From the UHGV virus genome UHGV-0384602: a DNA stretch of 44,870 nt. The stretch is one strand, 5' to 3'. This document shows positions 29,464 through 39,204 of the stretch, in pieces. Numbering within the stretch: the stretch's first letter is position 1; each line of letters starts with the position of its first letter. The position numbers and the translations under genes were made by a program. The notes under the pieces were generated by a model, which saw nothing but the letters and a program-made list of their open reading frames with translations, was not told the origin of the DNA and ran no database searches. The DNA comes from a virus.

Positions 29464-29742
29464 TCAGGCCTCAAAACTGTTGCAGCAGTCTTGAGGCTTT
29501 TCTTTTGTCAGCACCATGGCTACTTTCTTTGCTAGCTTTGCTAATTCCTCGTCTTCAACACCCCACTCCAGCACAGCCAGAAGCATGGCCATCTTTGGGA
29601 TAAAGCTGTCTTTCCATCGCGAAATTTGCGATTCATTAATCCCTAATGCATCAGCAACCTTTCGCTGACCACGTACAGCAATTCGATTCAGGATGTTGCT
29701 TGTGATTGCATTCGCTTTCTTGCGAGTACTTGTAAGTTGCAT
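29464..29742 (-). CDS. cII: CII-like transcriptional activator (P22 c1-type)
   Basis: 92 aa from MQLTSTRKKANAITSNILNRIAVRGQRKVADALGINESQISRWKDSFIPKMAMLLAVLEWGV.. with HTH and the conserved SQISRWK..MLLAVLEWGV block. The ORF-track start is further upstream. Confidence 0.7.
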   Translation of the reverse strand: MQLTSTRKKANAITSNILNRIAVRGQRKVADALGINESQISRWKDSFIPKMAMLLAVLEWGVEDEELAKLAKKVAMVLTKEKPQDCCNSFEA

Positions 29743-29799
29743 ATGTAAGTATTTCCTTAACAAATAAGAAGTTATACGCACCAACTGATGCGCGTTGTA

Positions 29800-29844
29800 T
29801 TCCCGCATTTCGGCGGGAATAAGGACCATGACTGTTAAAGAGCA
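29800..29844 (-). promoter_or_regulatory. nutR-like site (boxA-like TGCTCTTTAACA plus boxB hairpin)
   Basis: Between cro and cII on the minus strand: boxA-like TGCTCTTTAACA, then 12 nt, then hairpin TTCCCGCCGAAATGCGGGAA, identical to the one at the nutL position. Confidence 0.45.
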
Positions 29845-29850
29845 ATTTGC

Positions 29851-30036
29851 TTATGCCGCTTTGCGATAAGCACTTTCTTGATACTTCAGGGCGCCAGCTG
29901 TAACGACTTCCAGTCGATAGGCGTCTTTCTCTGGGATGACTTCCTTCCACTGAGAAACTGCTGCATCGCTAATGCCTAACGCTTTAGCTACCGCACGCTG
30001 GGTTCCGAAGTGGTCGATAACATCTTTCTTGTACAT
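29851..30036 (-). CDS. cro: Cro repressor (P22-type)
   Basis: 61 aa MYKKDVIDHFGTQRAVAKALGISDAAVSQWKEVIPEKDAYRLEVVTAGALKYQESAYRKAA; near-identical to P22 Cro as remembered. Divergent from c2. Confidence 0.85.
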   Translation of the reverse strand: MYKKDVIDHFGTQRAVAKALGISDAAVSQWKEVIPEKDAYRLEVVTAGALKYQESAYRKAA

Positions 30037-30116
30037 AGACTCGCTCCGAAATTAAAGAACACTTAAATTATCTATCAAAGGAATCTTAAGTCAAGTTTAT
30101 TTAAGATGTCTTAACT
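30037..30116. promoter_or_regulatory. OR operator/PR-PRM region between cro and c2
   Basis: 80-bp divergent intergenic region containing partially palindromic half-sites of the P22 type (ATTTAAGATGTCTTAA, AATCTTAAG..). Confidence 0.5.
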
Positions 30117-30767
30117 ATGAATACACAACTGATGGGTGAGCGTATTCGCGCTCGCAGAAAAGAACTTAAGATTAGGCAGGCTGCCCTTGGCAAGATGGTT
30201 GGCGTGTCTAATGTTGCTATTTCCCAATGGGAGCGTTCTGAAACTGAGCCCAATGGCGAAAACCTATTGGCTTTAGCCAAGGCTTTACAGTGCTCCCCTG
30301 ATTACTTGTTGAAAGGAGAAGATAGTCTTTCAAACATTGCCTATCACAGCAGGCATGATCCAAGAGGTTCGTATCCTCTAATTAGTTGGGTAAGCGCAGG
30401 ATGTTGGATGGAAGCTGTAGAGCCATATCATAAGCGTGCAATAGATAACTGGTACGATACAACCGTAGATTGTTCAGAAGATTCGTTTTGGCTGGACGTA
30501 AAGGGTGATTCGATGACGGCTCCAGCCGGTCTTAGCATCCCGGAAGGGATGATAATACTAGTCGATCCTGAAGTAGAACCTCGTAATGGGAAGCTGGTAG
30601 TGGCAAAGCTCGAAGGAGAAAACGAGGCAACTTTCAAGAAGTTAGTTATTGATGCTGGCAGAAGGTTTCTAAAACCACTTAACCCACAATATCCGATGAT
30701 TGAGATCAACGGGAACTGCAAAATCATCGGTGTAGTTGTCGATGCAAAAATAGCAAACCTTCCATAA
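30117..30767 (+). CDS. c2: prophage repressor C2 (P22 c2-type, LexA-like S24 autopeptidase)
   Basis: 216 aa MNTQLMGERIRARRKELKIRQAALGKMVGVSNVAISQWERSETEPNGENLLALAKALQCSPDYLL... with N-terminal HTH and C-terminal S24 domain (GDSM..K); near-identical to P22 C2. Confidence 0.9.
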   Translation: MNTQLMGERIRARRKELKIRQAALGKMVGVSNVAISQWERSETEPNGENLLALAKALQCSPDYLLKGEDSLSNIAYHSRHDPRGSYPLISWVSAGCWMEAVEPYHKRAIDNWYDTTVDCSEDSFWLDVKGDSMTAPAGLSIPEGMIILVDPEVEPRNGKLVVAKLEGENEATFKKLVIDAGRRFLKPLNPQYPMIEINGNCKIIGVVVDAKIANLP

Positions 30768-30788
30768 GGGGCATTCGCCCCTTTTTTT
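30768..30788 (+). terminator. rho-independent terminator after c2
   Basis: GGGGC-ATTC-GCCCC hairpin followed by T7, starting immediately after the c2 stop. Confidence 0.5.
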
Positions 30789-30929
30789 CTTTCCTTTAAA
30801 AATCAAAGCAAAACTTAAACTTCGCAATAAAATTTAAGTTTTCTTCAAAAACACCCTTGACCAATAATTAAAGAAATCTTAAATTTAAGTCATCAGCAGG
30901 ACGCTGGTAGCCAAACGGAACAGATTGGC

Positions 30930-30972
30930 AGGCTCTTTAACATTGATGGGATTGTCCCGCCGAAATGCGGGA
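30930..30972 (+). promoter_or_regulatory. nutL-like site (boxA-like GGCTCTTTAACA plus boxB hairpin)
   Basis: Upstream of the N-like gene: boxA-like element, 13-nt spacer, then hairpin TCCCGCCGAAATGCGGGA identical to the nutR copy. A further long inverted repeat (GGTGACG..CGTCACC) sits in the N leader. Confidence 0.45.
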
Positions 30973-31079
30973 ACCAAAGAGTAGTTGGCTTTGGGGTGAC
31001 GTGAAGTGCAGCTGCACGACGGCAACCGGAAGATAAGCACCCGGCGCGTCACCGCCAAAGTCAATCATCGGAGGTCAAC

Positions 31080-31352
31080 ATGGCAGTAGTCATTACATAT
31101 CTGGCTGACGATAACGCCAGAAATCGCCGCAGAGCACGCAGACAGGCTCAACGTGAGCAGGCAATGCAAGAACAGCGACTGGCGCGAAAAATTGCGCTAA
31201 AGCTCTCTGGTTGCGTCAGAGCAGACAAAGCAGCATCACTCGGAAGCCTTCGCTGCAAGAAGGCAGATGAATGCAGTGGAAGTATTTGCCTGCCAAACGT
31301 AGCCATTTACGCGGCAGGCTACCGGAAATCAAAACAACTGACGGCGAGATGA
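31080..31352 (+). CDS. N: N-like transcription antiterminator (P22 gp24-type)
   Basis: 90 aa with an N-terminal arginine-rich motif (NARNRRRARRQAQREQ) and C-terminus ..AAGYRKSKQLTAR resembling P22 gp24. RBS GGAGG. First gene of the leftward operon. Confidence 0.6.
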   Translation: MAVVITYLADDNARNRRRARRQAQREQAMQEQRLARKIALKLSGCVRADKAASLGSLRCKKADECSGSICLPNVAIYAAGYRKSKQLTAR

Positions 31353-31368
31353 TAAATTCATTTGCTAA

Positions 31369-31923
31369 TTACTTGTTTTTGCCATGCTTATCCTGAGCGA
31401 TAAGTTCATCCATAAGGCTGTCTGCCTTCCCGGCAAACCTAATGTAGCACTCATGTCTATAGCTTTCAGGGATAACGAAACGGTCGGTATCAGGATATCC
31501 AACAGCAGGAGGCCTTCGAACGAGGAGTCCTTTTTTGAGCAATGAAATTGATTCATGAGCTCCCTTTTCCGTTTGTAGCTGGTTATTAGCGGCTACAGCG
31601 AATGCCAAATACGCTCTTTCTCCAAGAGTTAATGAATCAAACAAATCTTGCACATATTTTTCTTCTTTAGATTTGCGCTTCTGAGCAGCGGATACCTCAA
31701 TTCTTTCAGTCACAGCGTGATAAGCGGAATTAACAACGCCGTTAAGCACATAGCTAACGCAAAACAACAGGATGTAATACATCCAGTAATGAGGAAGGAT
31801 TTCTGGATTATGCAGGTTTATCCATTCTTTTACGCTTACCGGCATAACAATAATCAATATGATCAGGATGATTAGCATATGAATCAACTGTTTAAGTGTC
31901 ATTCCTTGCAGGAAAAAATGCAT
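31369..31923 (-). CDS. sieB: superinfection exclusion protein SieB
   Basis: Opposite-strand membrane protein (multiple hydrophobic helices), convergent with N, between N and orf28/ral exactly as lambda sieB. Length from Met10 is 184 aa, close to my recollection of lambda SieB; the ORF-track start is 9 codons upstream. Confidence 0.55.
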   Translation of the reverse strand: MHFFLQGMTLKQLIHMLIILIILIIVMPVSVKEWINLHNPEILPHYWMYYILLFCVSYVLNGVVNSAYHAVTERIEVSAAQKRKSKEEKYVQDLFDSLTLGERAYLAFAVAANNQLQTEKGAHESISLLKKGLLVRRPPAVGYPDTDRFVIPESYRHECYIRFAGKADSLMDELIAQDKHGKNK

Positions 31924-32093
31924 TAGTTCCTGCCACCATGAGTTGTTCATCGGCGTTTCTCTTTTGCTCTCTGTAGGGGTGAATAGAGTTTATCCGATTT
32001 CTCGCTGTAGGGGTACATGAGAACCACCGAGCCTGATGTGGTTAAAAGACAGGCACAATCTTTACTACCGCAATCCACTATTTAAGGTGATAT

Positions 32094-32180
32094 ATGGAAG
32101 AAGAATTTGAAGAGTTCGAAGAGCATCCTCAGGATGTGATGGAACAATACCAGGACTATCCGTATGACTACGACTATTGA
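32094..32180 (+). CDS. small acidic ORF (lambda orf28-like)
   Basis: 28 aa MEEEFEEFEEHPQDVMEQYQDYPYDYDY. Same length and position (overlapping the ral start) as lambda orf28. Below the ORF-track size cutoff. Confidence 0.45.
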   Translation: MEEEFEEFEEHPQDVMEQYQDYPYDYDY

Positions 32181-32364
32181 TACAAATCAATGGTGTGGAC
32201 AATTCAAACGATGCAATGGATGCAAGCTGCAATCGGAATGCATGGTTAAGCCTGAAGAAATGTTTCCTGTAATGGAAGATGGGAAATATGTCGATAAATG
32301 GGCAATACGAACGACGGCAATGATTGCCAGAGAACTTGACAAACAGAACAACAAGGCTGCCTGA
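32164..32364 (+). CDS. ral: restriction alleviation protein Ral
   Basis: 66 aa MTTTIDTNQWCGQFKRCNGCKLQSECMVKPEEMFPVMEDGKYVDKWAIRTTAMIARELDKQNNKAA; matches lambda Ral (201 nt). Confidence 0.85.
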   Translation: MTTTIDTNQWCGQFKRCNGCKLQSECMVKPEEMFPVMEDGKYVDKWAIRTTAMIARELDKQNNKAA

Positions 32365-32497
32365 TGGTAGCCTTTATCTTTGGCATAAACAACAGAATAA
32401 ACACTGCACTGTGTATTCATTCCAACGAGTGAATACACGGAGCAATGTCGCTCGTAACTAAACAGGAGCCGACTTGTTCTGATTATTGGAAATCTTC

Positions 32498-32527
32498 TTT
32501 GCCCTCTAATGTGAGGGCGATTTTTTA
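32498..32527 (+). terminator. rho-independent terminator upstream of ea10
   Basis: GCCCTC-TAATGT-GAGGGC hairpin followed by T6. Confidence 0.45.
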
Positions 32528-32546
32528 TCTGTGAGGATATGAACAG

Positions 32547-32915
32547 ATGTCAAACATCAAAAAATACATCATTGATTACGACTGGAAAGCATCAATAGAA
32601 ATTGAAATCGACCATGACGTAATGACAGAGGAAAAACTTCACCAGATTAATAATTTCTGGTCAGACTCTGAATACCGACTCAATAAACACGGCTCTGTAT
32701 TAAATGCTGTATTAACCATGCTGGCGCAACATGCTCTGCTTATAGCAATTTCAAGCGACTTAAATGCATATGGTGTTATGTGTGAGTTCGACTGTAATGA
32801 TGGAAATGGTCAGGAAGGATGGCCTCCAATGGATGGTAGCGAAGGAATAAGAATTACCGATATCGATACATCAGGAATATTTGATTCAGATGATATGACT
32901 ATCAAAGCCGCCTGA
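32547..32915 (+). CDS. ea10: Ea10-like early protein
   Basis: 122 aa MSNIKKYIIDYDWKASIEIEIDHDV...; same length (369 nt) and position as lambda ea10. Confidence 0.65.
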   Translation: MSNIKKYIIDYDWKASIEIEIDHDVMTEEKLHQINNFWSDSEYRLNKHGSVLNAVLTMLAQHALLIAISSDLNAYGVMCEFDCNDGNGQEGWPPMDGSEGIRITDIDTSGIFDSDDMTIKAA

Positions 32916-32987
32916 GCGCGGCGTTACCGCATACCAATAACGCTTCACTCGAGGCGTTTTTCGTTATGTATAAATAAGGAGCACACC

Positions 32988-33152
32988 ATGCAATATGCCA
33001 TTGCAGGGTGGCCTGTTGCTGGCTGCCCTTCCGAATCTTTACTTGAACGAATCACCCGTAAATTACGTGACGGATGGAAACGCCTTATCGACATACTTAA
33101 TCAGCCAGGAGTCCCAAAAAATGGATCAAACACTTATGGCTATCCAGACTAA
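32988..33152 (+). CDS. cIII: CIII (FtsH/HflB inhibitor)
   Basis: 54 aa [54 protein letters not shown]; matches lambda CIII. Confidence 0.85.
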   Translation: MQYAIAGWPVAGCPSESLLERITRKLRDGWKRLIDILNQPGVPKNGSNTYGYPD

Positions 33153-33285
33153 ATTCACTATCGCCACTTTTATTGGCGATGAAAAGATGTTTCGTGAGGC
33201 CGTCGACGCTTATAAAAAATGGATATTAATACTGAAACTGAGATCAAGCAAAAGCATTCACTACCCCCCTTCCCTGTTTTCCTAA
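33121..33285 (+). CDS. kil: Kil-like host-killing protein
   Basis: 54-aa [37 protein letters not shown]... overlapping the cIII end by 32 nt, as kil does in lambda. Confidence 0.55.
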   Translation: MDQTLMAIQTKFTIATFIGDEKMFREAVDAYKKWILILKLRSSKSIHYPPSLFS

Positions 33286-33635
33286 TCAGCCCGGCATTTC
33301 GCGGGCGATATTTTCACAGCTATTTCAGGAGTTCAGCCATGAACGCTTATTACATTCAGGATCGTCTTGAGGCTCAGAGCTGGGCGCGTCACTACCAGCA
33401 GATCGCCCGTGAAGAGAAAGAGGCAGAACTGGCAGACGACATGGAAAAATGCCTGCACCAGCACCTGTTTGAATCGCTATGCATCGATCATTTGCAACGC
33501 CACGGGGCCAGCAAAAAAGCCATTACCCGTGCGTTTGATGACGATGTTGAGTTTCAGGAGCGCATGGCAGAACACATCCGGTACATGGTTGAAACCATTG
33601 CTCACCACCAGGTTGATATTGATTCAGAGGTATAA
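33219..33635 (+). CDS. gam: Gam (RecBCD inhibitor)
   Basis: 138 aa [61 protein letters not shown]...; matches lambda Gam (417 nt). Confidence 0.9.
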   Translation: MDINTETEIKQKHSLPPFPVFLISPAFRGRYFHSYFRSSAMNAYYIQDRLEAQSWARHYQQIAREEKEAELADDMEKCLHQHLFESLCIDHLQRHGASKKAITRAFDDDVEFQERMAEHIRYMVETIAHHQVDIDSEV

Positions 33636-33640
33636 AACGG

Positions 33641-34426
33641 ATGAGTACAGCACTCGCAACGCTGGCAGGGAAGCTGGCTGAACGTGTCGGCATGGATTCT
33701 GTCGACCCACAGGAACTGATCACCACTCTTCGCCAGACGGCATTTAAAGGTGATGCCAGCGATGCGCAGTTCATCGCATTGTTGATCGTTGCCAACCAGT
33801 ACGGCCTTAATCCGTGGACGAAAGAAATTTACGCCTTTCCTGATAAGCAGAATGGCATCGTTCCGGTGGTGGGCGTTGATGGCTGGTCCCGCATCATCAA
33901 TGAAAACCAGCAGTTTGATGGCATGGACTTTGAGCAGGACAATGAATCCTGTACATGCCGGATTTACCGCAAGGACCGTAATCATCCGATCTGCGTTACC
34001 GAGTGGATGGATGAATGCCGCCGCGAACCATTCAAAACCCGCGAAGGCAGAGAAATTACGGGGCCGTGGCAGTCGCATCCCAAACGGATGTTACGGCATA
34101 AAGCCATGATTCAGTGTGCCCGTCTGGCCTTCGGATTTGCGGGTATCTATGACAAGGATGAAGCCGAGCGCATTGTCGAAAATACCGCATACACTGCAGA
34201 ACGTCAGCCGGAACGCGACATCACTCCGGTTAACGATGAAACCATGCAGGAGATTAACACTCTGCTGATTGCCCTGGACAAAACATGGGATGACGACTTA
34301 TTGCCGCTCTGTTCCCAGATATTTCGCCGCGACATTCGCGCATCGTCGGAACTGACACAGGCCGAAGCAGTTAAAGCTCTTGGATTCCTGAAACAGAAAG
34401 CCTCTGAACAGAAGGTGGCTGCATGA
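33641..34426 (+). CDS. bet: Bet (Red-beta single-strand annealing protein)
   Basis: 261 aa [59 protein letters not shown]...; matches lambda Bet (786 nt). Confidence 0.9.
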   Translation: MSTALATLAGKLAERVGMDSVDPQELITTLRQTAFKGDASDAQFIALLIVANQYGLNPWTKEIYAFPDKQNGIVPVVGVDGWSRIINENQQFDGMDFEQDNESCTCRIYRKDRNHPICVTEWMDECRREPFKTREGREITGPWQSHPKRMLRHKAMIQCARLAFGFAGIYDKDEAERIVENTAYTAERQPERDITPVNDETMQEINTLLIALDKTWDDDLLPLCSQIFRRDIRASSELTQAEAVKALGFLKQKASEQKVAA

Positions 34427-35103
34427 CACCGGACATTATCCTGCAGCGTACCGGGATCGACGTGAGAGCTGTCGAACAGGGGGATCATGCGTGGCACAAA
34501 TTACGGCTCGGCGTCATCACCGCTTCAGAAGTTCACAATGTGATAGCAAAACCCCGCTCCGGAAAGAAATGGCCTGACATGAAAATGTCCTACTTCCACA
34601 CCCTGCTTGCCGAGGTTTGCACCGGTGTGGCTCCGGAAGTTAACGCTAAGGCGCTGGCCTGGGGAAAACAGTACGAGAACGACGCCAGAACCCTCTTTGA
34701 GTTCACTTCCGGCGTGAATGTTACTGAATCCCCGATCATCTATCGCGACGAAAGTATGCGCACCGCCTGCTCTCCCGATGGTTTATGCAGTGACGGCAAT
34801 GGCCTTGAGCTGAAATGCCCGTTTACCTCCCGGGATTTCATGAAGTTCCGGCTCGGTGGTTTCGAGGCCATAAAGTCGGCTTACATGGCCCAGGTGCAGT
34901 ACAGCATGTGGGTGACGCGAAAAGATGCCTGGTACTTTGCCAACTATGACCCGCGTATGAAGCGTGAAGGCCTGCATTATGTCGTGGTTGAGCGGGATGA
35001 AAAGTACATGGCGAGTTTTGACGAGATGGTGCCGGAGTTCATCGAAAAAATGGACGAGGCACTGGCTGAAATTGGTTTTGTATTTGGGGAGCAATGGCGA
35101 TGA
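34423..35103 (+). CDS. exo: Exo (Red-alpha 5'-3' exonuclease)
   Basis: 226 aa [54 protein letters not shown]...; matches lambda Exo (681 nt). Confidence 0.9.
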   Translation: MTPDIILQRTGIDVRAVEQGDHAWHKLRLGVITASEVHNVIAKPRSGKKWPDMKMSYFHTLLAEVCTGVAPEVNAKALAWGKQYENDARTLFEFTSGVNVTESPIIYRDESMRTACSPDGLCSDGNGLELKCPFTSRDFMKFRLGGFEAIKSAYMAQVQYSMWVTRKDAWYFANYDPRMKREGLHYVVVERDEKYMASFDEMVPEFIEKMDEALAEIGFVFGEQWR

Positions 35104-35282
35104 AGCATCCTCACGATAATATCCGGGTAGGTGCGATCACTTTCGTCTACTCCGTTACAAAGCGAGGCTGGGTATTTCCCGGCCTTTCTGTTATCCAAAA
35201 TCCACTGAAAGCCCAGCGGCTGGCTGAGGAGATAAATAATAAACGAGGGGCTGTATGCACAAAGCATCTCCTGTTGAGTTAA
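35094..35282 (+). CDS. lambda orf60a-like protein
   Basis: 62-aa ORF directly after exo, as in lambda. Confidence 0.5.
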   Translation: MAMKHPHDNIRVGAITFVYSVTKRGWVFPGLSVIQNPLKAQRLAEEINNKRGAVCTKHLLLS

Positions 35283-35446
35283 GAATGAGCATTGAGATGG
35301 CACATAGCCTTGCTCAAATTGGAGTCAGGTTTGTGCCAATACCAGCAGAAACAGACGAAGAATTTCATACGTTAGCCACATCCCTTTCACAAAAGCTGGA
35401 AATGATGGTGGCGAAAGCAGAAGCAGATGAGAGAGACCAGGTATGA
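35255..35446 (+). CDS. lambda orf63-like protein
   Basis: 63-aa ORF, syntenic with lambda orf63. Confidence 0.5.
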   Translation: MHKASPVELRMSIEMAHSLAQIGVRFVPIPAETDEEFHTLATSLSQKLEMMVAKAEADERDQV

Positions 35447-35738
35447 CAACCACGGAATGCATTTTTCTGGCAGCGGGCTTCGTATTCTGTGTGCTTATGC
35501 TTGCCGACATGGGACTTGTTCAATGACACCTCAGCAAGAAAACGCCCTTCGCAGTATTGCCCGTCAGGCTAATTCTGAAATCAAAAAAGCCAGACAGCAG
35601 TTTCCGGATAAAAACGTCGATGACATTTGCCGTAGCGTACTGAAGAAGCACCGCGAAACGGTAACGCTGATGGGATTCACACCGACTCACTTAAGTCTGG
35701 CAATCGGCATGTTAAACGGCGTCTTTAAGGAACGGTGA
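35427..35738 (+). CDS. lambda orf61-like protein (start uncertain)
   Basis: ORF in the lambda orf61 position. An internal Met (MTPQQENALRSIARQ..) may be the true start. A 27-codon hydrophobic mini-ORF (MTTTECIFLAAGFVFCVLMLADMGLVQ) lies at its 5' end in another frame. Confidence 0.4.
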   Translation: MRETRYDNHGMHFSGSGLRILCAYACRHGTCSMTPQQENALRSIARQANSEIKKARQQFPDKNVDDICRSVLKKHRETVTLMGFTPTHLSLAIGMLNGVFKER

Positions 35739-35836
35739 ACATGAAAAGCAAAATCATCAGGGAGCTACAGGCTCCTTTTTTATTATTCGTATTCACCCTC
35801 AAGCGTATTAACCAACAATTCAGGGATTAATGGAAG

Positions 35837-36058
35837 ATGGCAGACATCATTGATTCAGCATCAGAAATCGAAGAATTACAGCGCAATACAGCAATAAAAA
35901 TGCGTCGTCTGAACTACCAGACTGTATCTGCCACTCATTGTTGTGAGTGTGGCGATCCCATAGATGAGCGAAGACGCCTGGCCGTTCAGGGTTGTCGGAC
36001 TTGTGCAAGTTGCCAGGAAGTTCTGGAGCTTATCAGTAAACAGAGAGGTTCGAAGTGA
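35837..36058 (+). CDS. TraR/DksA-family C4 zinc-finger protein
   Basis: 73 aa with CxxC..(17)..CxxC (CCECGDPIDERRRLAVQGCRTCASC), characteristic of phage TraR-like proteins. Confidence 0.6.
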   Translation: MADIIDSASEIEELQRNTAIKMRRLNYQTVSATHCCECGDPIDERRRLAVQGCRTCASCQEVLELISKQRGSK

Positions 36059-36426
36059 GCGAAATTAACTCTCAGGCACTGCGTGAAGCGGCAGAGCAGG
36101 CAATGCATGACAACTGGGGATTTGACGCGGACCTTTTCCATGAGCTGGTAACACCATCGATTGTGCTGGCACTGCTGGATGAACGGGAAAGAAACCAGCA
36201 ATACGTCAAACGCCGCGACAAGGAGAACGAGGATATTGCACTAACGGTAGGGAGGCTGCGCGTTGAGCTGGAAGGCAAACACAGGCGCATTACTGAGCTG
36301 ACAATGTGGATTAAGCGACTGAGTTCCTCTCTCAAAAACGCAAAACCAGACAGCAAGTTGCCGGATGACGCAATGATCTGGCTAAATAATGAAGGGCTTA
36401 CCAGTATAGAGGATATTTTACGATGA
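36055..36426 (+). CDS. hypothetical early protein (123 aa)
   Basis: ORF translationally coupled to neighbours in the accessory part of the PL operon. Confidence 0.4.
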   Translation: MSEINSQALREAAEQAMHDNWGFDADLFHELVTPSIVLALLDERERNQQYVKRRDKENEDIALTVGRLRVELEGKHRRITELTMWIKRLSSSLKNAKPDSKLPDDAMIWLNNEGLTSIEDILR

Positions 36427-37112
36427 GCACTTTTACCATGGAATGGCTACAAAATACGATTACCAGTATTGAGTCAGCACGAGATGAAATGCCATTCGGA
36501 CTCGACAACGATCAAGCACACATGCTTACAGCATTTAAAATCGCTCTCGCCTCACTGGAACGCGAGCGGGTTCGCCACGAGCATGCCAAATGGTCTGACT
36601 CCACATTTGGCTGCGTTGGCCCCATTGGTCCACTGAAACACCTCTCAAAAGAGGCTCTGGAAGCCGCAGCCGAACCTGACGATCTCAGCGAGTGGGCTGA
36701 TATGCAGTTCCTGTTGTGGGATGCACAGCGCCGTGCCGGTATCAGTGATGCTGAAATTACCGCTGCTATGGAAAATAAATTGAAGATCAACATGGAGCGT
36801 CAGTGGCCTGAACCAAAAGATGGTGAGCCTCGTTTGCACATTAAAGAACCCGGCAACTCTCCGGTAACTCCGGATGGTTGGATAAGCTGTAGTGAGCTAA
36901 TGCCAGAAATGGGAGAGCGACAATGCTATGTGTTAGCAGCTGACTTTAAAAACAACTACCCACCAAGCATCCCCAACACTCAGGTCGGCGTATATGGCGA
37001 CTGGTTTAATGATGGCAATCCCACTTGGGATGACGGTGATGGCGAAGACCTGCATCTCAAAGAAGTAACCCACTGGATGCCGCTACCAGAACCGCCGCAG
37101 GAGGTGAAGTAA
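36423..37112 (+). CDS. hypothetical early protein (229 aa; DUF550/DUF551-like)
   Basis: ORF ending ..HWMPLPEPPQ, a C-terminal signature I recall from DUF551-type lambdoid early proteins. Confidence 0.45.
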   Translation: MSTFTMEWLQNTITSIESARDEMPFGLDNDQAHMLTAFKIALASLERERVRHEHAKWSDSTFGCVGPIGPLKHLSKEALEAAAEPDDLSEWADMQFLLWDAQRRAGISDAEITAAMENKLKINMERQWPEPKDGEPRLHIKEPGNSPVTPDGWISCSELMPEMGERQCYVLAADFKNNYPPSIPNTQVGVYGDWFNDGNPTWDDGDGEDLHLKEVTHWMPLPEPPQEVK

Positions 37113-37390
37113 TGGACTCCTTCGCGAAATATACGATTATTGACTGGATGGCCTTCCTTCAGGTTTTGCTCATCTGGTTTTATATGTCTTATAGGAGTGG
37201 ACAGTGGATTGTCAGTGTAGCCTGTAGCAAGGGATGGCGTTGGTGGAACCGAAAGAATAAAAAAGCACTGGTATTGGATTCGTTTTACGAAGCATTCAAT
37301 CTTAACAGTCTTCAGCCTGGTTCTGTCGTTGTAGTCACCACTCAAAGCGGCATGACCATTCAGATTCATAAACCAAAAGAGGAAAAATGA
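37112..37390 (+). CDS. hypothetical protein (92 aa)
   Basis: ORF coupled by ATGA overlap to the previous gene; hydrophobic N-terminus. Confidence 0.3.
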   Translation: MDSFAKYTIIDWMAFLQVLLIWFYMSYRSGQWIVSVACSKGWRWWNRKNKKALVLDSFYEAFNLNSLQPGSVVVVTTQSGMTIQIHKPKEEK

Positions 37391-37535
37391 TGTGGCCTAT
37401 ATGTGTTAATTGAGGACGGATGTGCCTATCTGGATGGTGCCGAAAGTGCGACAAATGCACGAAGCAAAGACAATAACAATCCTCGCACTCGCGGGGATTT
37501 CTTTTATCTGAACTCGCTACGGAGAGTTTTGTTTT

Positions 37536-37847
37536 ATGGAGATGATTATGGCCTGTTCAACATTCACCACTTTAACGTTACAGAAATACCAGCCAGACCC
37601 TGAAGATTTATGCTCACTGTGTGGCGGAAATCATGGTAAAGCCGCCATGATCGAATGTAAGGACAAAATCCACATATGCCTTAATTGCGTTGATGTCCTC
37701 GTTGATATCAAAAATGAAAGAGAAGATAAAAAGCGTAGCGAGGCTATTCGCGCCTTAGATTCATGGATGCGAGATGGGTATAGTGCTGCGCAAATTTATG
37801 ACTTAGCCATTTCAAAAGGCGAAATACCAGGAGTGCGCATCGAATAA
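37536..37847 (+). CDS. hypothetical Cys-rich protein (103 aa)
   Basis: ORF with CxxC..(17)..CxxC (CSLCGG..CLNC), upstream of xis. Confidence 0.35.
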   Translation: MEMIMACSTFTTLTLQKYQPDPEDLCSLCGGNHGKAAMIECKDKIHICLNCVDVLVDIKNEREDKKRSEAIRALDSWMRDGYSAAQIYDLAISKGEIPGVRIE

Positions 37848-37888
37848 GACGTAACCAATATTCGAATTGAAGAACTGAAAGAACACCA

Positions 37889-37912
37889 AGCCGCCTGATG
37901 GCGGTTTTTTCT
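37889..37912 (+). terminator. rho-independent terminator upstream of xis
   Basis: CCGCC-TGAT-GGCGG hairpin followed by T6. Confidence 0.4.
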
Positions 37913-37937
37913 TGCGTGTAATTGCGGAGACTTTGCG

Positions 37938-38156
37938 ATGTACTTGACACTTCAGGAGTGGAATGCACGCCAGCGACGCCCAAGAAGCCTTGAAACAGTT
38001 CGTCGATGGGTGCGCGAATGCAGGATATTCCCTCCTCCGGTTAAGGATGGAAGAGAATATCTGTTCCACGAATCAGCGGTAAAGGTTGACTTAAATCGAC
38101 CAGTAACAGGTAGCCTTTTGAAGAGGATCAGAAATGGGAAGAAGGCGAAGTCATGA
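37938..38156 (+). CDS. xis: excisionase Xis
   Basis: 72 aa MYLTLQEWNARQRRPRSLETVRRWVRECRIFPPPVKDGREYLFHESAVKVDLNRPVTG..; matches lambda Xis (219 nt). Confidence 0.9.
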   Translation: MYLTLQEWNARQRRPRSLETVRRWVRECRIFPPPVKDGREYLFHESAVKVDLNRPVTGSLLKRIRNGKKAKS

Positions 38157-39204
38157 GCGCCGGGATTTACCCCCTAACCTTTATATAAGAAACAATGGAT
38201 ATTACTGCTACAGGGACCCAAGGACGGGTAAAGAGTTTGGATTAGGCAGAGACAGGCGAATCGCAATCACTGAAGCCATACAGGCCAACATTGAGTTATT
38301 TTCAGGACACAAACACAAGCCTCTGACAGCGAGAATCAACAGTGATAATTCCGTTACGCTACATTCATGGCTTGATCGCTACGAAAAAATCCTGGCCAGC
38401 AGAGGAATCAAGCAGAAGACACTCATAAATTACATGAGCAAAATTAAAGCAATAAGGAGGGGGCTGCCTGATGCTCCACTTGAAGACATCACCACAAAAG
38501 AAATTGCGGCAATGCTCAATGGATACATAGACGAGGGCAAGGCGGCGTCAGCCAAGTTAATCAGATCAACACTGAGCGATGCATTCCGAGAGGCAATAGC
38601 TGAAGGCCATATAACAACAAACCCTGTCGCTGCCACTCGCGCAGCAAAATCAGAGGTAAGGAGATCAAGACTTACGGCTGACGAATACCTGAAAATTTAT
38701 CAAGCAGCAGAATCATCACCATGTTGGCTCAGACTTGCAATGGAACTGGCTGTTGTTACCGGGCAACGAGTTGGTGATTTATGCGAAATGAAGTGGTCTG
38801 ATATCGTAGATGGATATCTTTATGTCGAGCAAAGCAAAACAGGCGTAAAAATTGCCATCCCAACAACATTGCATGTTGATGCTCTCGGGATATCAATGAA
38901 GGAAACACTTGATAAATGCAAAGAGATTCTTGGCGGAGAAACCATAATTGCATCTACTCGTCGTGAACCGCTTTCATCCGGCACAGTATCAAGGTATTTT
39001 ATGCGCGCACGAAAAGCATCAGGTCTTTCCTTCGAAGGGGATCCGCCTACCTTTCACGAGTTGCGCAGTTTGTCTGCAAGACTCTATGAGAAGCAGATAA
39101 GCGATAAGTTTGCTCAACATCTTCTCGGGCATAAGTCGGACACCATGGCATCACAGTATCGTGATGACAGAGGCAGGGAGTGGGACAAAATTGAAATCAA
39201 ATAA
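38134..39204 (+). CDS. int: integrase Int (tyrosine recombinase)
   Basis: 356 aa MGRRRSHERRDLPPNLYIRNNGYYCYRDPRTGKEFGLGRDRRIAITEAIQ..; essentially lambda Int (1071 nt), overlapping xis as in lambda. Confidence 0.95.
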   Translation: MGRRRSHERRDLPPNLYIRNNGYYCYRDPRTGKEFGLGRDRRIAITEAIQANIELFSGHKHKPLTARINSDNSVTLHSWLDRYEKILASRGIKQKTLINYMSKIKAIRRGLPDAPLEDITTKEIAAMLNGYIDEGKAASAKLIRSTLSDAFREAIAEGHITTNPVAATRAAKSEVRRSRLTADEYLKIYQAAESSPCWLRLAMELAVVTGQRVGDLCEMKWSDIVDGYLYVEQSKTGVKIAIPTTLHVDALGISMKETLDKCKEILGGETIIASTRREPLSSGTVSRYFMRARKASGLSFEGDPPTFHELRSLSARLYEKQISDKFAQHLLGHKSDTMASQYRDDRGREWDKIEIK

